A stretch of 64,000 nt of DNA from an uncultured bacterium (GTDB lineage Bacteria > Patescibacteriota > Minisyncoccia > Phycocordibacterales > UBA6065). Below the pieces are notes generated by a model. The model had not been told where the DNA came from and did no database searches. It worked only from the letters and a program-made list of their open reading frames with translations. Shown piece after piece: positions 38,697 to 48,952 of the stretch. Every line of letters starts with the position of its first letter. Within the stretch, counting starts at the first letter, position 1. The stretch is from NCBI GenBank assembly GCA_966243015.1, contig CBIMES010000002.1, positions 117,458-181,457 of the forward strand, in the 5' to 3' direction. Both the position numbers and the translations under genes were made by a program.

Positions 38697-39131
38697 ATGA
38701 TATCGAAAGGCATTCAGGACACCTTCGCCATCGCTGCCGAGTTCGCTCGCGGGCTTGAGTCGCGCGAGGGCGGGGCGACCGTCATTGCCCTGAAAGGAGA
38801 CCTTGGTTCGGGCAAGACGACCTTTACCAAGGCTTTTGCTGCCGCCCTGGGTGTTCCCGCAGAGGAGATAACCAGCCCAACCTTCGTCATCGAGAAGCGC
38901 TTTGACCTCGCCGGTCACGCCTTTTTCAAGAATCTTATACATATAGACGCCTATCGTCTCGAGCGGCCCGAGGAGATTCAGAAGCTCGGGTGGTCTGAGA
39001 CCCTGAAGGGGAAGGGTAACCTCGTCCTCGTAGAGTGGCCCGAGCATATTGGCGCCGCGTTGCCTCCGAATACCCCCACGATTTCGTTCCGTTTCATAGA
39101 TGAGAATACTCGGGAAATAGTGTTTAATTAG
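38697..39131 (+). CDS. tsaE: tRNA t6A biosynthesis ATPase TsaE
   Basis: LKGDLGSGKTTF, ITSPTFVI, HIDAYRL, VEWPE. Confidence 0.95.
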   Translation: MISKGIQDTFAIAAEFARGLESREGGATVIALKGDLGSGKTTFTKAFAAALGVPAEEITSPTFVIEKRFDLAGHAFFKNLIHIDAYRLERPEEIQKLGWSETLKGKGNLVLVEWPEHIGAALPPNTPTISFRFIDENTREIVFN

Positions 39132-39134
39132 GGG

Positions 39135-41558
39135 GTGAAAAGACTCATTCTTCTGGACTCTCACGCCATCCTTCACCGGGCCTATCACGCGCTCCCGGAC
39201 TTTTCGACGGCTGCTGGCGAGCCGACGGGCGCCCTCTACGGTGTGGCGACCATGCTTATCGGCATCATCGAGACGCTCAAGCCCGATTACATCGTTGCGG
39301 CCTACGATTTGCCGAAGCCGACCCATAGGCATGAGGCGTACAAGGACTACAAGGCCGGAAGGGCAAAGACCGACGACGCCCTCGTCGCGCAGATTATTCG
39401 CTCGCGCGACGTCTTCGACGCGCTCGGCATTCCTGTGTACGACAAAGAGGGTTTTGAGGCGGACGATATCCTGGGAACCATCGTCGAGAAAACAAGGAAA
39501 GAGCGCGAGGCGGGCGAGCTTCAGATTGTCATCGCCTCGGGCGATATGGATACGCTCCAGCTCGTCTCGGGCGAGAGCGTCCAGGTCTACACCCTCAAGA
39601 AGGGAATCAAGGACACGGTTATCTACGATGAGGCCGCGGTGCGCGAGCGCTTCGGCTTTGGCCCAGAGCTTCTCCCTGACTACAAGGGGCTCAGGGGCGA
39701 TCCGTCAGACAACATCATCGGCATCAAGGGTATCGGCGAGAAGACCGCCACGACCCTCATCACCACCTTCGGCACCATCGAGAATATGTATAAGGCACTC
39801 GCCGAGGACGACGCCGCGTTCCGCGATGCGGGCATAACGCCTCGCGTCATTGAGCTTCTGCGGGCGGGCGAGGAGGACGCCGAGTTCTCCAAGGTGCTCG
39901 CCACCATTCGTCGGGACGCGCCCATCGAGTGGAAGGCGCCCGTTGTCGGTTGGCGCGATTCTATTGATATGGACAAGACGGCAAAGCTTTTCGCCGATCT
40001 CGAGTTTAGGACGATGATGCCACGCCTCAAGGCAGCGATCGAGGGCAGGATTCCCACAAAATCACCGGCAAAGGCTTCGGGCGCTGGTGGCGTCGGCGCC
40101 GAGACTCATTCATCAGCCACCGTCGCTGACGAGGAAAAGAGGCTCGCCGAGATGGAGGCGGCCATTCCCGCAGACAGGCTCCGCGAGGCGGCACTCATGC
40201 TTTGGCTCGTCAACTCGAACATATCGGATCCAAAATTCTCGGACATCCTCTCGTTCGCCAAGGCGAAGACCTTTGACGACGCCTACGCAGTTCTCTCGAA
40301 AGAAATCACGCGCCTTGGCCTTACGAGGGTATACGAGGAAATCGAAAAGCCTCTCATCCCTCTCCTCGACAGGATGAAAAAAGTGGGTGTGAAGATAGAC
40401 GGGGAGTACCTTCAGTCGCTCGGCGACGAGTATCGCAAGGAGCTCTCGGCCATCGAGCAGTCTATCTGGCGCATGGCCGGCATGGAGTTTAACGTGTCGT
40501 CGCCCAAGCAGCTTGGCGAGGTGCTGTTCGTGAAGCTTGGTCTGAAGTCAAAGAAGAAGACGGCTGGGGGCGCACTTTCCACCAAGGAGAGTGAGCTCGA
40601 GAAACTCGCTGACGAGCATCCCATCATCGACGAGATACTCCGCTATCGCGAGCTTTCCAAACTTCTTGGCACCTATATCGAGACTATTCCGGCGCTTCTC
40701 GACGAGAACTCCCGCGTCCATCCGACGTTCATACAGACGGGCGCCGTGACCGGTCGCATGGCGACCAAGGACCCGAGCATCCAGAACATACCAAACAGGA
40801 CGGAGCTCGGTCGCAGGATCAGGAACGCCTTCGTGGCGGAGAAGGGCTGGAAGCTCGTGGCCTTTGACTATTCTCAGATCGAGCTTCGCATCGCCGCGTT
40901 TCTCTCGAAGGACGAGAAGTTCATCGACATCTTCCGCAGGGGAGAGGACGTGCACGCCGCGGTTGCCGCACAGGTGTTTGGCGTGCCGGTCGCGGCAGTC
41001 ACCAAGACTATGCGCTCTCAGGCGAAGGTCATCAATTTCGGCGTCATGTACGGTATGGGGGTGACGGCCCTTCAGAAAAATCTTGGCACCGACCGCAAGG
41101 CGGCGCAGAAGTTCTATAACGACTATTTCGAGAAGTTCCACGGTCTCGCGGGGTATCTCGAGAGCGTGAAGGCGCAGACCGCGCGCACGGGCTATACCGA
41201 GACGTTTTTCGGCCGACGCCGCTACTTCGACGGCATTAAGTCAAAAGTCCCGTTCATCCGCGCGGCCGCCGAGCGCATGGCCATCAATGCGCCGATTCAG
41301 GGGACAGAGGCCGATATCGTGAAGCTCGCCATGATTCGCATAGACGAGTATCTCCGCGACAGGGGACTCTCCGAGGACGCGCGCATTCTCATGCAGGTGC
41401 ACGACGAAATTGTCCTGGAGGTTAAGAGTGAGCTTGTGAACAAGATATCCCCAGATATCAAGAATATTATGGAAAATATCGTCTCCCCAGACGATATTCA
41501 AGGCATCGTCATCGCGGCTGAGGAAAAGGTTGGGGACAACTGGGGTATTATGGAATAG
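39135..41558 (+). CDS. polA: DNA polymerase I (5'-3' exonuclease plus polymerase; 3'-5' exo region reduced)
   Basis: EADDILGT, SGDMD, GDPSDNIIGIKGIGEKTA, DYSQIELR, KVINFGVMYG, NAPIQGT, QVHDE. Confidence 0.95.
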   Translation: MKRLILLDSHAILHRAYHALPDFSTAAGEPTGALYGVATMLIGIIETLKPDYIVAAYDLPKPTHRHEAYKDYKAGRAKTDDALVAQIIRSRDVFDALGIPVYDKEGFEADDILGTIVEKTRKEREAGELQIVIASGDMDTLQLVSGESVQVYTLKKGIKDTVIYDEAAVRERFGFGPELLPDYKGLRGDPSDNIIGIKGIGEKTATTLITTFGTIENMYKALAEDDAAFRDAGITPRVIELLRAGEEDAEFSKVLATIRRDAPIEWKAPVVGWRDSIDMDKTAKLFADLEFRTMMPRLKAAIEGRIPTKSPAKASGAGGVGAETHSSATVADEEKRLAEMEAAIPADRLREAALMLWLVNSNISDPKFSDILSFAKAKTFDDAYAVLSKEITRLGLTRVYEEIEKPLIPLLDRMKKVGVKIDGEYLQSLGDEYRKELSAIEQSIWRMAGMEFNVSSPKQLGEVLFVKLGLKSKKKTAGGALSTKESELEKLADEHPIIDEILRYRELSKLLGTYIETIPALLDENSRVHPTFIQTGAVTGRMATKDPSIQNIPNRTELGRRIRNAFVAEKGWKLVAFDYSQIELRIAAFLSKDEKFIDIFRRGEDVHAAVAAQVFGVPVAAVTKTMRSQAKVINFGVMYGMGVTALQKNLGTDRKAAQKFYNDYFEKFHGLAGYLESVKAQTARTGYTETFFGRRRYFDGIKSKVPFIRAAAERMAINAPIQGTEADIVKLAMIRIDEYLRDRGLSEDARILMQVHDEIVLEVKSELVNKISPDIKNIMENIVSPDDIQGIVIAAEEKVGDNWGIME

Positions 41559-41563
41559 CCCAT

Positions 41564-42283
41564 ATGCTGTATCTCATTCACGGAACTGATATCGAAACCG
41601 CTCGCGCCAAGGCCCGCGCGCTCTTTGAGGCGCTCAGGCAGAAGAAGCCAGACGCGTCTGCGGGGACCCTGTCGGCCGAGCAGGTGACATTCGAGCGCCT
41701 CGACGAGCTTACCCAGACGCAGGGCCTCTTCGAGAACAGGCAGATTATTTTCATGGACCGCACGCTCGAGAATAAGGACATGCGTGACGTCGTCCTCGAG
41801 CGCATCGACGCCCTTGCCGAGTCGCCGAACATATTCATATTCTCGGAGGGCAAACTCACCAAAGAGGTTCTCAAGAAATTCGAGAAGCGCGCCGAGAAGG
41901 TACAGGAATACGAGGCAAAAGAGGCGTCCAAGGCAAAGCAGGACGGCGGTTTCTTCGCTCTCGCTGACGCTCTCGGCTCTCGCGACAAGAAGAGCCTCTG
42001 GGTACTCTTCAGGGACGCGATGGACAAGGGCGCCGCGCCAGAAGAAATTCACGGTATTCTCTTCTGGCAGGCGAAGTCTCTTGCGCTCGCCGAGCGAACG
42101 CGCGACGCGGCCGAGGCGGGACTCAATCCGTTCGTGTATGGGAAGGCGAAGAGGCACTCTTCAAACTTCAGGGAAGGCGAAGTTGACTCGCTCGTGTCTC
42201 GGCTCGTCCATCTGTATCATCGGGCGCATCGCGGTCAGGAGGATTTCGAGGTGTCGCTCGAGAAGCTGATTCTCGATCTCTAG
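41564..42283 (+). CDS. holA: DNA polymerase III delta subunit-like (HolA) protein
   Basis: MLYLIHGTD, QGLF, FALADAL, GLNPFVY, LEKLIL pattern. Confidence 0.68.
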   Translation: MLYLIHGTDIETARAKARALFEALRQKKPDASAGTLSAEQVTFERLDELTQTQGLFENRQIIFMDRTLENKDMRDVVLERIDALAESPNIFIFSEGKLTKEVLKKFEKRAEKVQEYEAKEASKAKQDGGFFALADALGSRDKKSLWVLFRDAMDKGAAPEEIHGILFWQAKSLALAERTRDAAEAGLNPFVYGKAKRHSSNFREGEVDSLVSRLVHLYHRAHRGQEDFEVSLEKLILDL

Positions 42284-42329
42284 GATAAAAAAGTCCCCGC
42301 TGGAAAGGCGGGGACTTTTGTTTGCCGTT

Positions 42330-42722
42330 TTATGCGGCGGCCTCTTCGTCATCCGGCATGACCACGGCGGGCCGGGGGCGATGGGTGGGGAATTCGAATT
42401 GCTTCAGAATTTCCTCGGGAAGATTCGCGCGGACGTATTCCATTGAAACCGAGAACAGGAAGTGCTCGCCTCGCTCGCTGTGGTGGCTGACGTTTGCCGC
42501 CTCGGCCGCGTAGAAACTCAACCCTCCACTGATGAATGACTCCTGATGGCCCCGCCTGCTTGTCTCAGGTATGCCGCTTATGGCGGATACCGGAATCCTG
42601 ATCCATTCGGGGTCGTTGAAGCGACTGATGACGAGCTCTGTCGCCCCTTCGGGTATTGGCTTGATCATGGCTGATGTGTTCCAAGGAACTCGCGATATGC
42701 CCTCGCGTAAGGCTGTGCGCAA
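42330..42722 (-). CDS. Hypothetical protein (start uncertain)
   Basis: Only ORF filling the gap; converges on the terminator at ~42287-42320. Confidence 0.45.
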   Translation of the reverse strand: MRTALREGISRVPWNTSAMIKPIPEGATELVISRFNDPEWIRIPVSAISGIPETSRRGHQESFISGGLSFYAAEAANVSHHSERGEHFLFSVSMEYVRANLPEEILKQFEFPTHRPRPAVVMPDDEEAAA

Positions 42723-42814
42723 CGTGCGCGTTTGTAGAAAACATTACGCCCGCCAGATTAGTTTGTCAAAACTTCTGTACCTTGCGAAGTTTTGTGGTAT
42801 TATCGGTTTCAATT

Positions 42815-42887
42815 CCGCCCATAGCTCAGTCGGTAGAGCAGCTCCCTTTTAAGGAGAGGGTCGTTGGTTCGATTCCAACTGGGCGGA
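42815..42887 (+). tRNA. tRNA-Lys(TTT)
   Basis: Acceptor CCGCCCA/TGGGCGG, loop CTTTTAA, TTCGATT T-loop; no encoded CCA. Confidence 0.93.
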
Positions 42888-42893
42888 CACTGT

Positions 42894-43367
42894 ATGAAGC
42901 GCGACGTCAGGATCCTCCTTCACGACATTCGCAGCGTCCATAATGTCGCAGCGATATTCCGTACCGCGGACGCAATCGGCGCGACCAAGATATACCTGGG
43001 TGGATACAGTCCGGCGCCCGTGGATCGTTTCGGGAACGCACGCGCTGATTTTTCGAAGGCCGCTCTTGGCTCCGAGAACACGGTTTCATGGGAGGCAATT
43101 AAAAACCCGATAACCCTCATTGCCAAGCTCAAAGGCGAGGGGTTTTCTGTCGTGTCTGTCGAGCAGGATGCTCGATCTGTCGATTACAAAAAGACGAAAC
43201 CCGGCCCGAGGGCCCTCATCGTCTTCGGTAACGAAGTGACCGGTGTTTCGAAGAAAGTCCTTGCCGTCTCTGATACTGTCGCCGAGATACCCATGCGTGG
43301 CTTGAAGGAGTCCCTGAACGTATCGGTTTCGGCCGGAATCGTTCTGTATAGGTGGTTCGACAAGTAA
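42894..43367 (+). CDS. TrmH/SpoU family RNA methyltransferase
   Basis: HDIRSVHNVAAIFRTADA, FGNEVTGV, IPMRGLKESLNVSVSAGI. Confidence 0.92.
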   Translation: MKRDVRILLHDIRSVHNVAAIFRTADAIGATKIYLGGYSPAPVDRFGNARADFSKAALGSENTVSWEAIKNPITLIAKLKGEGFSVVSVEQDARSVDYKKTKPGPRALIVFGNEVTGVSKKVLAVSDTVAEIPMRGLKESLNVSVSAGIVLYRWFDK

Positions 43368-43394
43368 AAGCCCTCGGATACCGAGGGCTTTTAC

Positions 43395-44363
43395 TTAGAA
43401 GGTTATTGCGTCGAGAACCTCTCCCTTGGCGTCACGGAGCCTGATGATCTCCTGGCGGCTCCTCCAGAGCTCCTTGGTCTCCTCGAGGAAAAGTCTCCAC
43501 TCGTTCTTCAGGAACCCCCTTTCTTTCTGGTGCGCATAGACACAGCTGTTGTAGTTAAGCGTCTCGGCCACGAACGCTTTGCACGTTGGCGATATGTCAC
43601 TTGGAAGCGTTTCTTCGTATGTGCGGCAGCGGGGAATGGTCTCCACGAATTTTCGACACGACTCCTCTTCGTATGGCCCTGACGCCTTGAGCTCGTCGAG
43701 GGGCTCGGGGCAGTCCTTCCTGAGATCAGGCGTGTACGACTGGAACTGGTCGAGATATCCGCTGCAGATGTTTACTCGGAATGATGTGCCGACGGGGGAG
43801 CGGCCCGAGGTGATGAGGACGCGACCCTCTGCCGGAACGGATACTGCGGTTTTGAGGTAAGGGGTACCGAGCACGAGAAGGTCGGCAGCCGTCGGGATGC
43901 TCTTGATGATGTCGCGCGCATCGCCCGTGATAGTCATGCCCTCGAGTGACAAAGGGGCTTTTGCGGACGACTCGGCGATAATGCGGAGATACTCGTCCTG
44001 GGGCGAGGTTGCTGCCGCACCTGCGATTCCGTCGATGCGGAGCTCGCCTGATCCTCTGGTGACGGGGTGGATTTCCTTGGCCGTGCGTGGCTGCGAGAAA
44101 AAGCTGATGATGCTCGCGCTTATGGTGCGCGCGACCCTGGCGGGCGCCTCGGGGAGGTTGAGGGTTTCCTGCCTCTCTGGGTCGCCGCCAAAATAGGTTC
44201 GCCCATAGGTATCGCCGCTGTCGATAGGGGCGAGTGGCTTTATGTATGGTTGGCGGGCGTCAGGGTCGCTTGCCCCTCCGGTGAGGAACCAGATGAGGCC
44301 AATGCCGACGAGTCCCCAGATGAGCCAGGCGAACTCTTTGTGTAGTCCTTTGAGTATATCCAT
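43395..44363 (-). CDS. Hypothetical membrane-anchored Cys-rich protein
   Basis: N-terminal TM; ITSGRSPVGTSFRVNICSGYL, LNYNSCV, EIIRLRDAKG. Confidence 0.72.
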   Translation of the reverse strand: MDILKGLHKEFAWLIWGLVGIGLIWFLTGGASDPDARQPYIKPLAPIDSGDTYGRTYFGGDPERQETLNLPEAPARVARTISASIISFFSQPRTAKEIHPVTRGSGELRIDGIAGAAATSPQDEYLRIIAESSAKAPLSLEGMTITGDARDIIKSIPTAADLLVLGTPYLKTAVSVPAEGRVLITSGRSPVGTSFRVNICSGYLDQFQSYTPDLRKDCPEPLDELKASGPYEEESCRKFVETIPRCRTYEETLPSDISPTCKAFVAETLNYNSCVYAHQKERGFLKNEWRLFLEETKELWRSRQEIIRLRDAKGEVLDAITF

Positions 44364-44379
44364 GACGGTAAGTATAGTG

Positions 44380-45324
44380 CTAGCGCGCCTTTCTCAGCAA
44401 CTTCTGGTGTACGGGGCAGAAGTGCGCGCTCCTCCCGCCCACGACGATTCTCTCGATGACGCCGTCGCAGCCTTTCTTGGCGCAGGGAAATCCCGTCTTG
44501 CGGTAAGCGTTGTGCTTTTCCTGGAACGATCCTCGTTCCCCGAGTATGTTGCGATAGTCCGACATTGAGTCTCCGCCGAAATCGATACCTTTTATGAGCG
44601 TTTCCTTGATTGCCTTGAGCACAATCTTCCATTGTTTCTCGGTAACGTGCTTCACGCGCTCGAGTGGGTGGATGCCAGCGCGCCACAGTACCTCGTCAGA
44701 GTAGATGTTTCCGATGCCGGAGACGATGGTGTGATCCATGAGCACGGTCTTGATAGGGCCGTTAGGTCTTTGTGACACTGCGGCCACGAGCTCGTTTGGG
44801 CCAAAGCCTTCGTCGAGAGGCTCGGGGCCGTGATGTCTGATGTGCTCGGACTCGTGCAAGCCTGCCGTGTCCGTAACGGTCACCTTTGCAAACTTTCGCA
44901 TGTCAGAGAGCACGAGATGGGTGCCGTCGGAGAAGGAGAGGACGAAGTGTATGAAGCGGTTGAAGGGGTCGTTGAGGGCCTTGTCGTCGGGATCAGCCGG
45001 CCTCCACGACTCTCCTTGGCTGTCTTTCCGGGCGAGTCTGCGATAGCGGCCGTGCATGACGTGGCCCGTCATTTTCATGTGAATCAGAATCGTCTTCCCG
45101 TTCGAAAGGTTGATGAGGATGTTCTTGCCCCGCCGCTCCGCGCCCCCGATGCGCGCGCCGATGACCTGTTTCCTGAAGAGGGGGAAGAAGCGCGGGTTCT
45201 TTATGTTGTCGCTCTGGGCGTGGAAGGGACTGTCATAGTCTGTCCAGGCATCCGAGATAAGGAGGCCTTTCGTGCGGGAGTTTATCCCGTTCACCGTCGT
45301 TTGTACCTCGGGGAGTTCGGGCAT
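44380..45324 (-). CDS. mutM: Formamidopyrimidine-DNA glycosylase
   Basis: MPELPEV, RRGKNI, HMKMTG, GIGNIYSDE, C-terminal zinc finger. Confidence 0.95.
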   Translation of the reverse strand: MPELPEVQTTVNGINSRTKGLLISDAWTDYDSPFHAQSDNIKNPRFFPLFRKQVIGARIGGAERRGKNILINLSNGKTILIHMKMTGHVMHGRYRRLARKDSQGESWRPADPDDKALNDPFNRFIHFVLSFSDGTHLVLSDMRKFAKVTVTDTAGLHESEHIRHHGPEPLDEGFGPNELVAAVSQRPNGPIKTVLMDHTIVSGIGNIYSDEVLWRAGIHPLERVKHVTEKQWKIVLKAIKETLIKGIDFGGDSMSDYRNILGERGSFQEKHNAYRKTGFPCAKKGCDGVIERIVVGGRSAHFCPVHQKLLRKAR

Positions 45325-45350
45325 ATACTTCATATAAGCACAAACGAATC

Positions 45351-46586
45351 ATGTTGAGAACCATACAGCAGTACGTCTCTATCCTCATCCTTTTTGCCTG
45401 CTCAAGCATGATACTGAAGGCGGCCTTTGATTACTGTCTGCCGATTCTCATGTTGGGCGAGAACGCCGCTGCGGTGTATTTCGTGGACAACAAGACAGCC
45501 TCTGATCTCAAGAACACCTACGCCTCCGCATCGACGACTGAGGGTCGTTTGAGGATTTTCATCATGCCGGGACACGAGCCGGGTTTTGGCGGCGCTGAAT
45601 ACCGTGTGCTGAGGGAGCGCGACATGAATGTGGCCCTTGCCCAGTATCTTGCTGACTATTTGTACGCGCAGGGGAAGTATGACGTGATTGTCGGTCGCGA
45701 CGGTTCGTCCTGGCTACCCGAGCTCGATGCATATTTCGAGGCTCACGAGGACGAGATTATCGCATGGAAGGAGAGTCAGGAGGATATCACGGACAGCCTG
45801 ATCGAGGGCGGTCATTTCGAGGTGGACGCAAATCCTGTTCCTCACATGTCGGTTAAAAGTGACGTCGCCATGCGACTCTATGGCATCAACAAGTGGATAG
45901 GGGAGAACGATTTCGATCTCGCGGTCCACGTCCACTTCAATGACTATGGGTCGCGACGTCGAGGTCAGCCCGGCGAATTCGCGGGCTTCGCCATTTATGT
46001 CCCCGATGGGCAGTATTCAAACGCGAAGGCGGCCCATGACGTGGCCGAGTCGCTTCGCGGAAGGCTCGATGACATCGTTGCTCCGAGCAGCGCCCCTCGC
46101 GAGAAGGGAGGGATCGTCGAGGATCAGAACCTCATTGCCCTCGGCAGCAACAATACCGCTGACGCCCCGAGCATCCTCATTGAGTACGGGTATATCTACG
46201 AGCCGCAGTTCCAGGACAAGAAGACGAGCGATCTCCTCATGAGGGAGTACGCGTATCAGACATTCCTCGGCATAGAGGACTTCTTCAGGGTGGGACAGAG
46301 GGATCTCGCCTACAGGACGAGCGTTCTGCCGTATCGCTGGGATTCAAACGTGCCTCGCTCGACCGTCGCGAGCGCCGACGTTCTTGGCCTGCAGTTCACG
46401 CTCCTCGCGGGCGGCATGTATCCTCCCGCGGGCAAGGATCTTTCCTCGTGCCCACTTTCCGGTGTTTTTGGGCCGTGTACCGTTTCGGCCCTCGCTGATT
46501 TTCAGAGGAAAAACGACATAGAAGGTGACGGAACCTTTCTCGGCCCCCGAACCAGGGAGTTACTGAACGCTCTCTTTAGAGAGTAG
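45351..46586 (+). CDS. N-acetylmuramoyl-L-alanine amidase with C-terminal peptidoglycan-binding domain
   Basis: IMPGHE, VHVHFN, PSILIEYGYI; SGVFGPCTVSALADFQ, GPRTR. Confidence 0.85.
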   Translation: MLRTIQQYVSILILFACSSMILKAAFDYCLPILMLGENAAAVYFVDNKTASDLKNTYASASTTEGRLRIFIMPGHEPGFGGAEYRVLRERDMNVALAQYLADYLYAQGKYDVIVGRDGSSWLPELDAYFEAHEDEIIAWKESQEDITDSLIEGGHFEVDANPVPHMSVKSDVAMRLYGINKWIGENDFDLAVHVHFNDYGSRRRGQPGEFAGFAIYVPDGQYSNAKAAHDVAESLRGRLDDIVAPSSAPREKGGIVEDQNLIALGSNNTADAPSILIEYGYIYEPQFQDKKTSDLLMREYAYQTFLGIEDFFRVGQRDLAYRTSVLPYRWDSNVPRSTVASADVLGLQFTLLAGGMYPPAGKDLSSCPLSGVFGPCTVSALADFQRKNDIEGDGTFLGPRTRELLNALFRE

Positions 46587-47840
46587 CTTTCGGAGTTCCT
46601 CGCGCGAAACCTCGGCGTCGCTCCACGGAATTTTGGTGTTGTTTGCTCCCATGATGTACGGGTCAGTGCCTTTGCCCGTTATAAGGACAGCGTCGCCGGT
46701 ATTTGCCTTGGAAAGCGCGAGGGCGATCGCCCCACGACGATCCATAACGATGTGAGGCTTAGCCTCAGGCATCGCGTCGGCCATGTCCTTTACGATTTGA
46801 TGAGGGTCGTCGTCGTAGGGGTCCTCGTTGGTGAGGATTATCTCGTCGCACGACTTCGCGGCGATCTGCGCCATCTCATCTCGCTTCCACACGTCTCGTC
46901 CGCCGCCCGTGTTGCCGAGCACGCATATCCTGCGCGACCTCTGGAACACGTCGTATAGCTTCTGGAGGGAGTCGGGTGTGTGCGCATAGTCCACGATCAC
47001 CTCGAAGTCCTGGCCCTCGTCGATCTTCTCGACGCGGCCGCGGATGCCGGTGAACTTCTCGATGGCCTTGCGCGAGGTCTCGATGTCGACTCCCTGCGTC
47101 TCGGCTGCGGTGATTGCCGCAAGCACGTTGTAGACGTTGAACTCGCCCGAGAGGTGAGAGTGGATGAGCTTGTGTCGGACAGTGATGTCGAATCCTTCCT
47201 TGAACACGTTGTACGGCTTGGCGTCGTCGAGAGAGTAGGGGCGCCTGTCGGTAAAGCCCTTTGTCAGGAATTTCTCTGCCTGAGCGTCGTCGCTGTTTGC
47301 GATGATGAAGGTCTTCGGTTTCTTTGACTTGACTACGGCGTCGGCGATGGAGAGTTTCGCGTTCACATAGTTCTCGAACGAGCCGTGCGCCTCGATATGT
47401 TCGGGCGCGATGTTGGTGAAGACAAGAGCGTCAAAGTCGATGAACTTGTGTCGGCTGAGAATCGCACCCTGCGAGGTCGCCTCAAGGACAACGTGGGTGC
47501 ACCCAGCCTTTACCGCTTTCGCGAGGAACCTCTGTACGAAAAAACGTCCGGGCATCGACATCTTATAGAGATTGTCCGTGGACTCGTCGCCGACCTTGAA
47601 GCGAATGGTGTTTGAAAGCGCAGTCTTGAGACCTGCCTCCTCGAGAATGGCGTTGGTGATTTCGGTGACGGATGTCTTGCCCTTGGTTCCCGTCACGCCG
47701 ATGACCGTGAGCTTGCGGGAAGGAAAGCCGTAGCGAGCCGCGCCCATGAGGGCCATCGTCCAGTGGTACTTCGGCTGGATGAAGCGGAAGACTGGGGCGG
47801 GAACAAGCTTGCGGAGGGAGTGGAGGGTTTGGTCGATCAT
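46560..47840 (-). CDS. murE: Mur ligase, MurE-type
   Basis: GVTGTKGKTS, FTNIAPEHI, GRVE, VDYAHTPD, TNEDP, ITGKG. Confidence 0.9.
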   Translation of the reverse strand: MIDQTLHSLRKLVPAPVFRFIQPKYHWTMALMGAARYGFPSRKLTVIGVTGTKGKTSVTEITNAILEEAGLKTALSNTIRFKVGDESTDNLYKMSMPGRFFVQRFLAKAVKAGCTHVVLEATSQGAILSRHKFIDFDALVFTNIAPEHIEAHGSFENYVNAKLSIADAVVKSKKPKTFIIANSDDAQAEKFLTKGFTDRRPYSLDDAKPYNVFKEGFDITVRHKLIHSHLSGEFNVYNVLAAITAAETQGVDIETSRKAIEKFTGIRGRVEKIDEGQDFEVIVDYAHTPDSLQKLYDVFQRSRRICVLGNTGGGRDVWKRDEMAQIAAKSCDEIILTNEDPYDDDPHQIVKDMADAMPEAKPHIVMDRRGAIALALSKANTGDAVLITGKGTDPYIMGANNTKIPWSDAEVSREELRKLLSKESVQ

Positions 47841-47849
47841 AAAAATGTT

Positions 47850-48419
47850 TTATTTTCCTAAAACCTTGAGGGCCTTCTTCACGCGCTCTCCCGTATCCGT
47901 AATCGAAGGGTCGATATCCTTGAGCGCCTCGCGCGCCTCGTTGTGCTTATAGCCGAGGGCCTTGAGCGCCTCGAGTGCGTCTACCTCGTCGCGGAGGGTG
48001 ATGCTCTGGGCCGCCTCGGCCGCAAACTTGCCCTTGAGCTCGAGAACGATTTTCTCGGCGACCTTCTTGCCGATGCCCGACACCTTGGTGAGGTGGGAGG
48101 TGTCACCGGTCGATACCGCGGTGCGAATGGCCTTTACCGACGATACGTTGAGGATGCCGAGGGCGGTCTTGGGACCGATGCCCGACACCGACGAGATGAG
48201 AAGTTCGAAGAAATAGAGCTCCTCCTTGTCGATGAAGCCGTAGAGGGTGTGGGCGTCCTCGCGCACGGCGAGGTGGGTCCAGAGCGAGGCCTCGGCGTTT
48301 TCCTTGAGGTGGTCGAGGGTCTGACTGGTGCAGAATGCCTTGTATCCGACGCCGCTTACGTCGATGACGGCCGAGCGCTCCTCCTTGTCTATAACTGTGC
48401 CTCTCAGGTGGGTAATCAT
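47850..48419 (-). CDS. ruvA: Holliday junction DNA-binding protein RuvA
   Basis: MITHLRG, DVSGVGY, VREDAHTLYGF, SGIGPKTAL, GIGKKVAEKIVLELK. Confidence 0.96.
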   Translation of the reverse strand: MITHLRGTVIDKEERSAVIDVSGVGYKAFCTSQTLDHLKENAEASLWTHLAVREDAHTLYGFIDKEELYFFELLISSVSGIGPKTALGILNVSSVKAIRTAVSTGDTSHLTKVSGIGKKVAEKIVLELKGKFAAEAAQSITLRDEVDALEALKALGYKHNEAREALKDIDPSITDTGERVKKALKVLGK

Positions 48420-48502
48420 GGCCCAAGTATAGCAGGGGAAGGGGATAAAACGCATCTGGCGCTTGCTTTTTCCGTTGTTCGCTGTTAAAGTAATCGCCAC
48501 AT

Positions 48503-48766
48503 ATGCCAATCACATCTTCAGCAAAAAAGGCCCTTCGATCGTCAAAGCGCAAGCGCGTGTACAACGTACGCCGACGCGACGCGGTCTCTGAGGTCACCAA
48601 GCAGATCAAGAAGCTCGCCGTCTCAGGCAAGAAGGCCGAGGCAAACAAGCTCCTCGCCCAGGCCTACAAGCAGCTCGACAAGTCAGCGAAGGCCGGCTTC
48701 ATCAAGAAGAACACCGCCGCTCGAAACAAGTCGCGACTCTCTGCCCTCATCAAGAAGGTAAAGTAA
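48503..48766 (+). CDS. rpsT: 30S ribosomal protein S20
   Basis: MPITSSAKKALR, LDKSAKAGFIKKNTAARNKSRL. Confidence 0.96.
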   Translation: MPITSSAKKALRSSKRKRVYNVRRRDAVSEVTKQIKKLAVSGKKAEANKLLAQAYKQLDKSAKAGFIKKNTAARNKSRLSALIKKVK

Positions 48767-48846
48767 TCAAAAGAAAAACCGCCCTGCAGGGCGGTTTTTC
48801 TTTTTCCTCGTTTACTTTTCCTGAATTTCCTGTAAGTTAATAGCAC

Positions 48847-48921
48847 GCTCTCGTCGTTCAATGGATAGGATTCAACTTTGCGGAAGTTGCGATGTAGGTT
48901 CGATTCCTACCGAGAGCACCA
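48847..48921 (+). tRNA. tRNA-Arg(GCG)
   Basis: Acceptor GCTCTCG/CGAGAGC-ACCA; anticodon arm CAACT-TTGCGGA-AGTTG. Confidence 0.92.
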
Positions 48922-48952
48922 TACGAAAAGCGCCCCTTAGGGCGCTTTTCGT

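Noticed and set aside
39135-41558. Short PolA and short YebC as pseudogenes
   Set aside because: Uninterrupted frames with all key motifs; consistent with streamlined CPR forms
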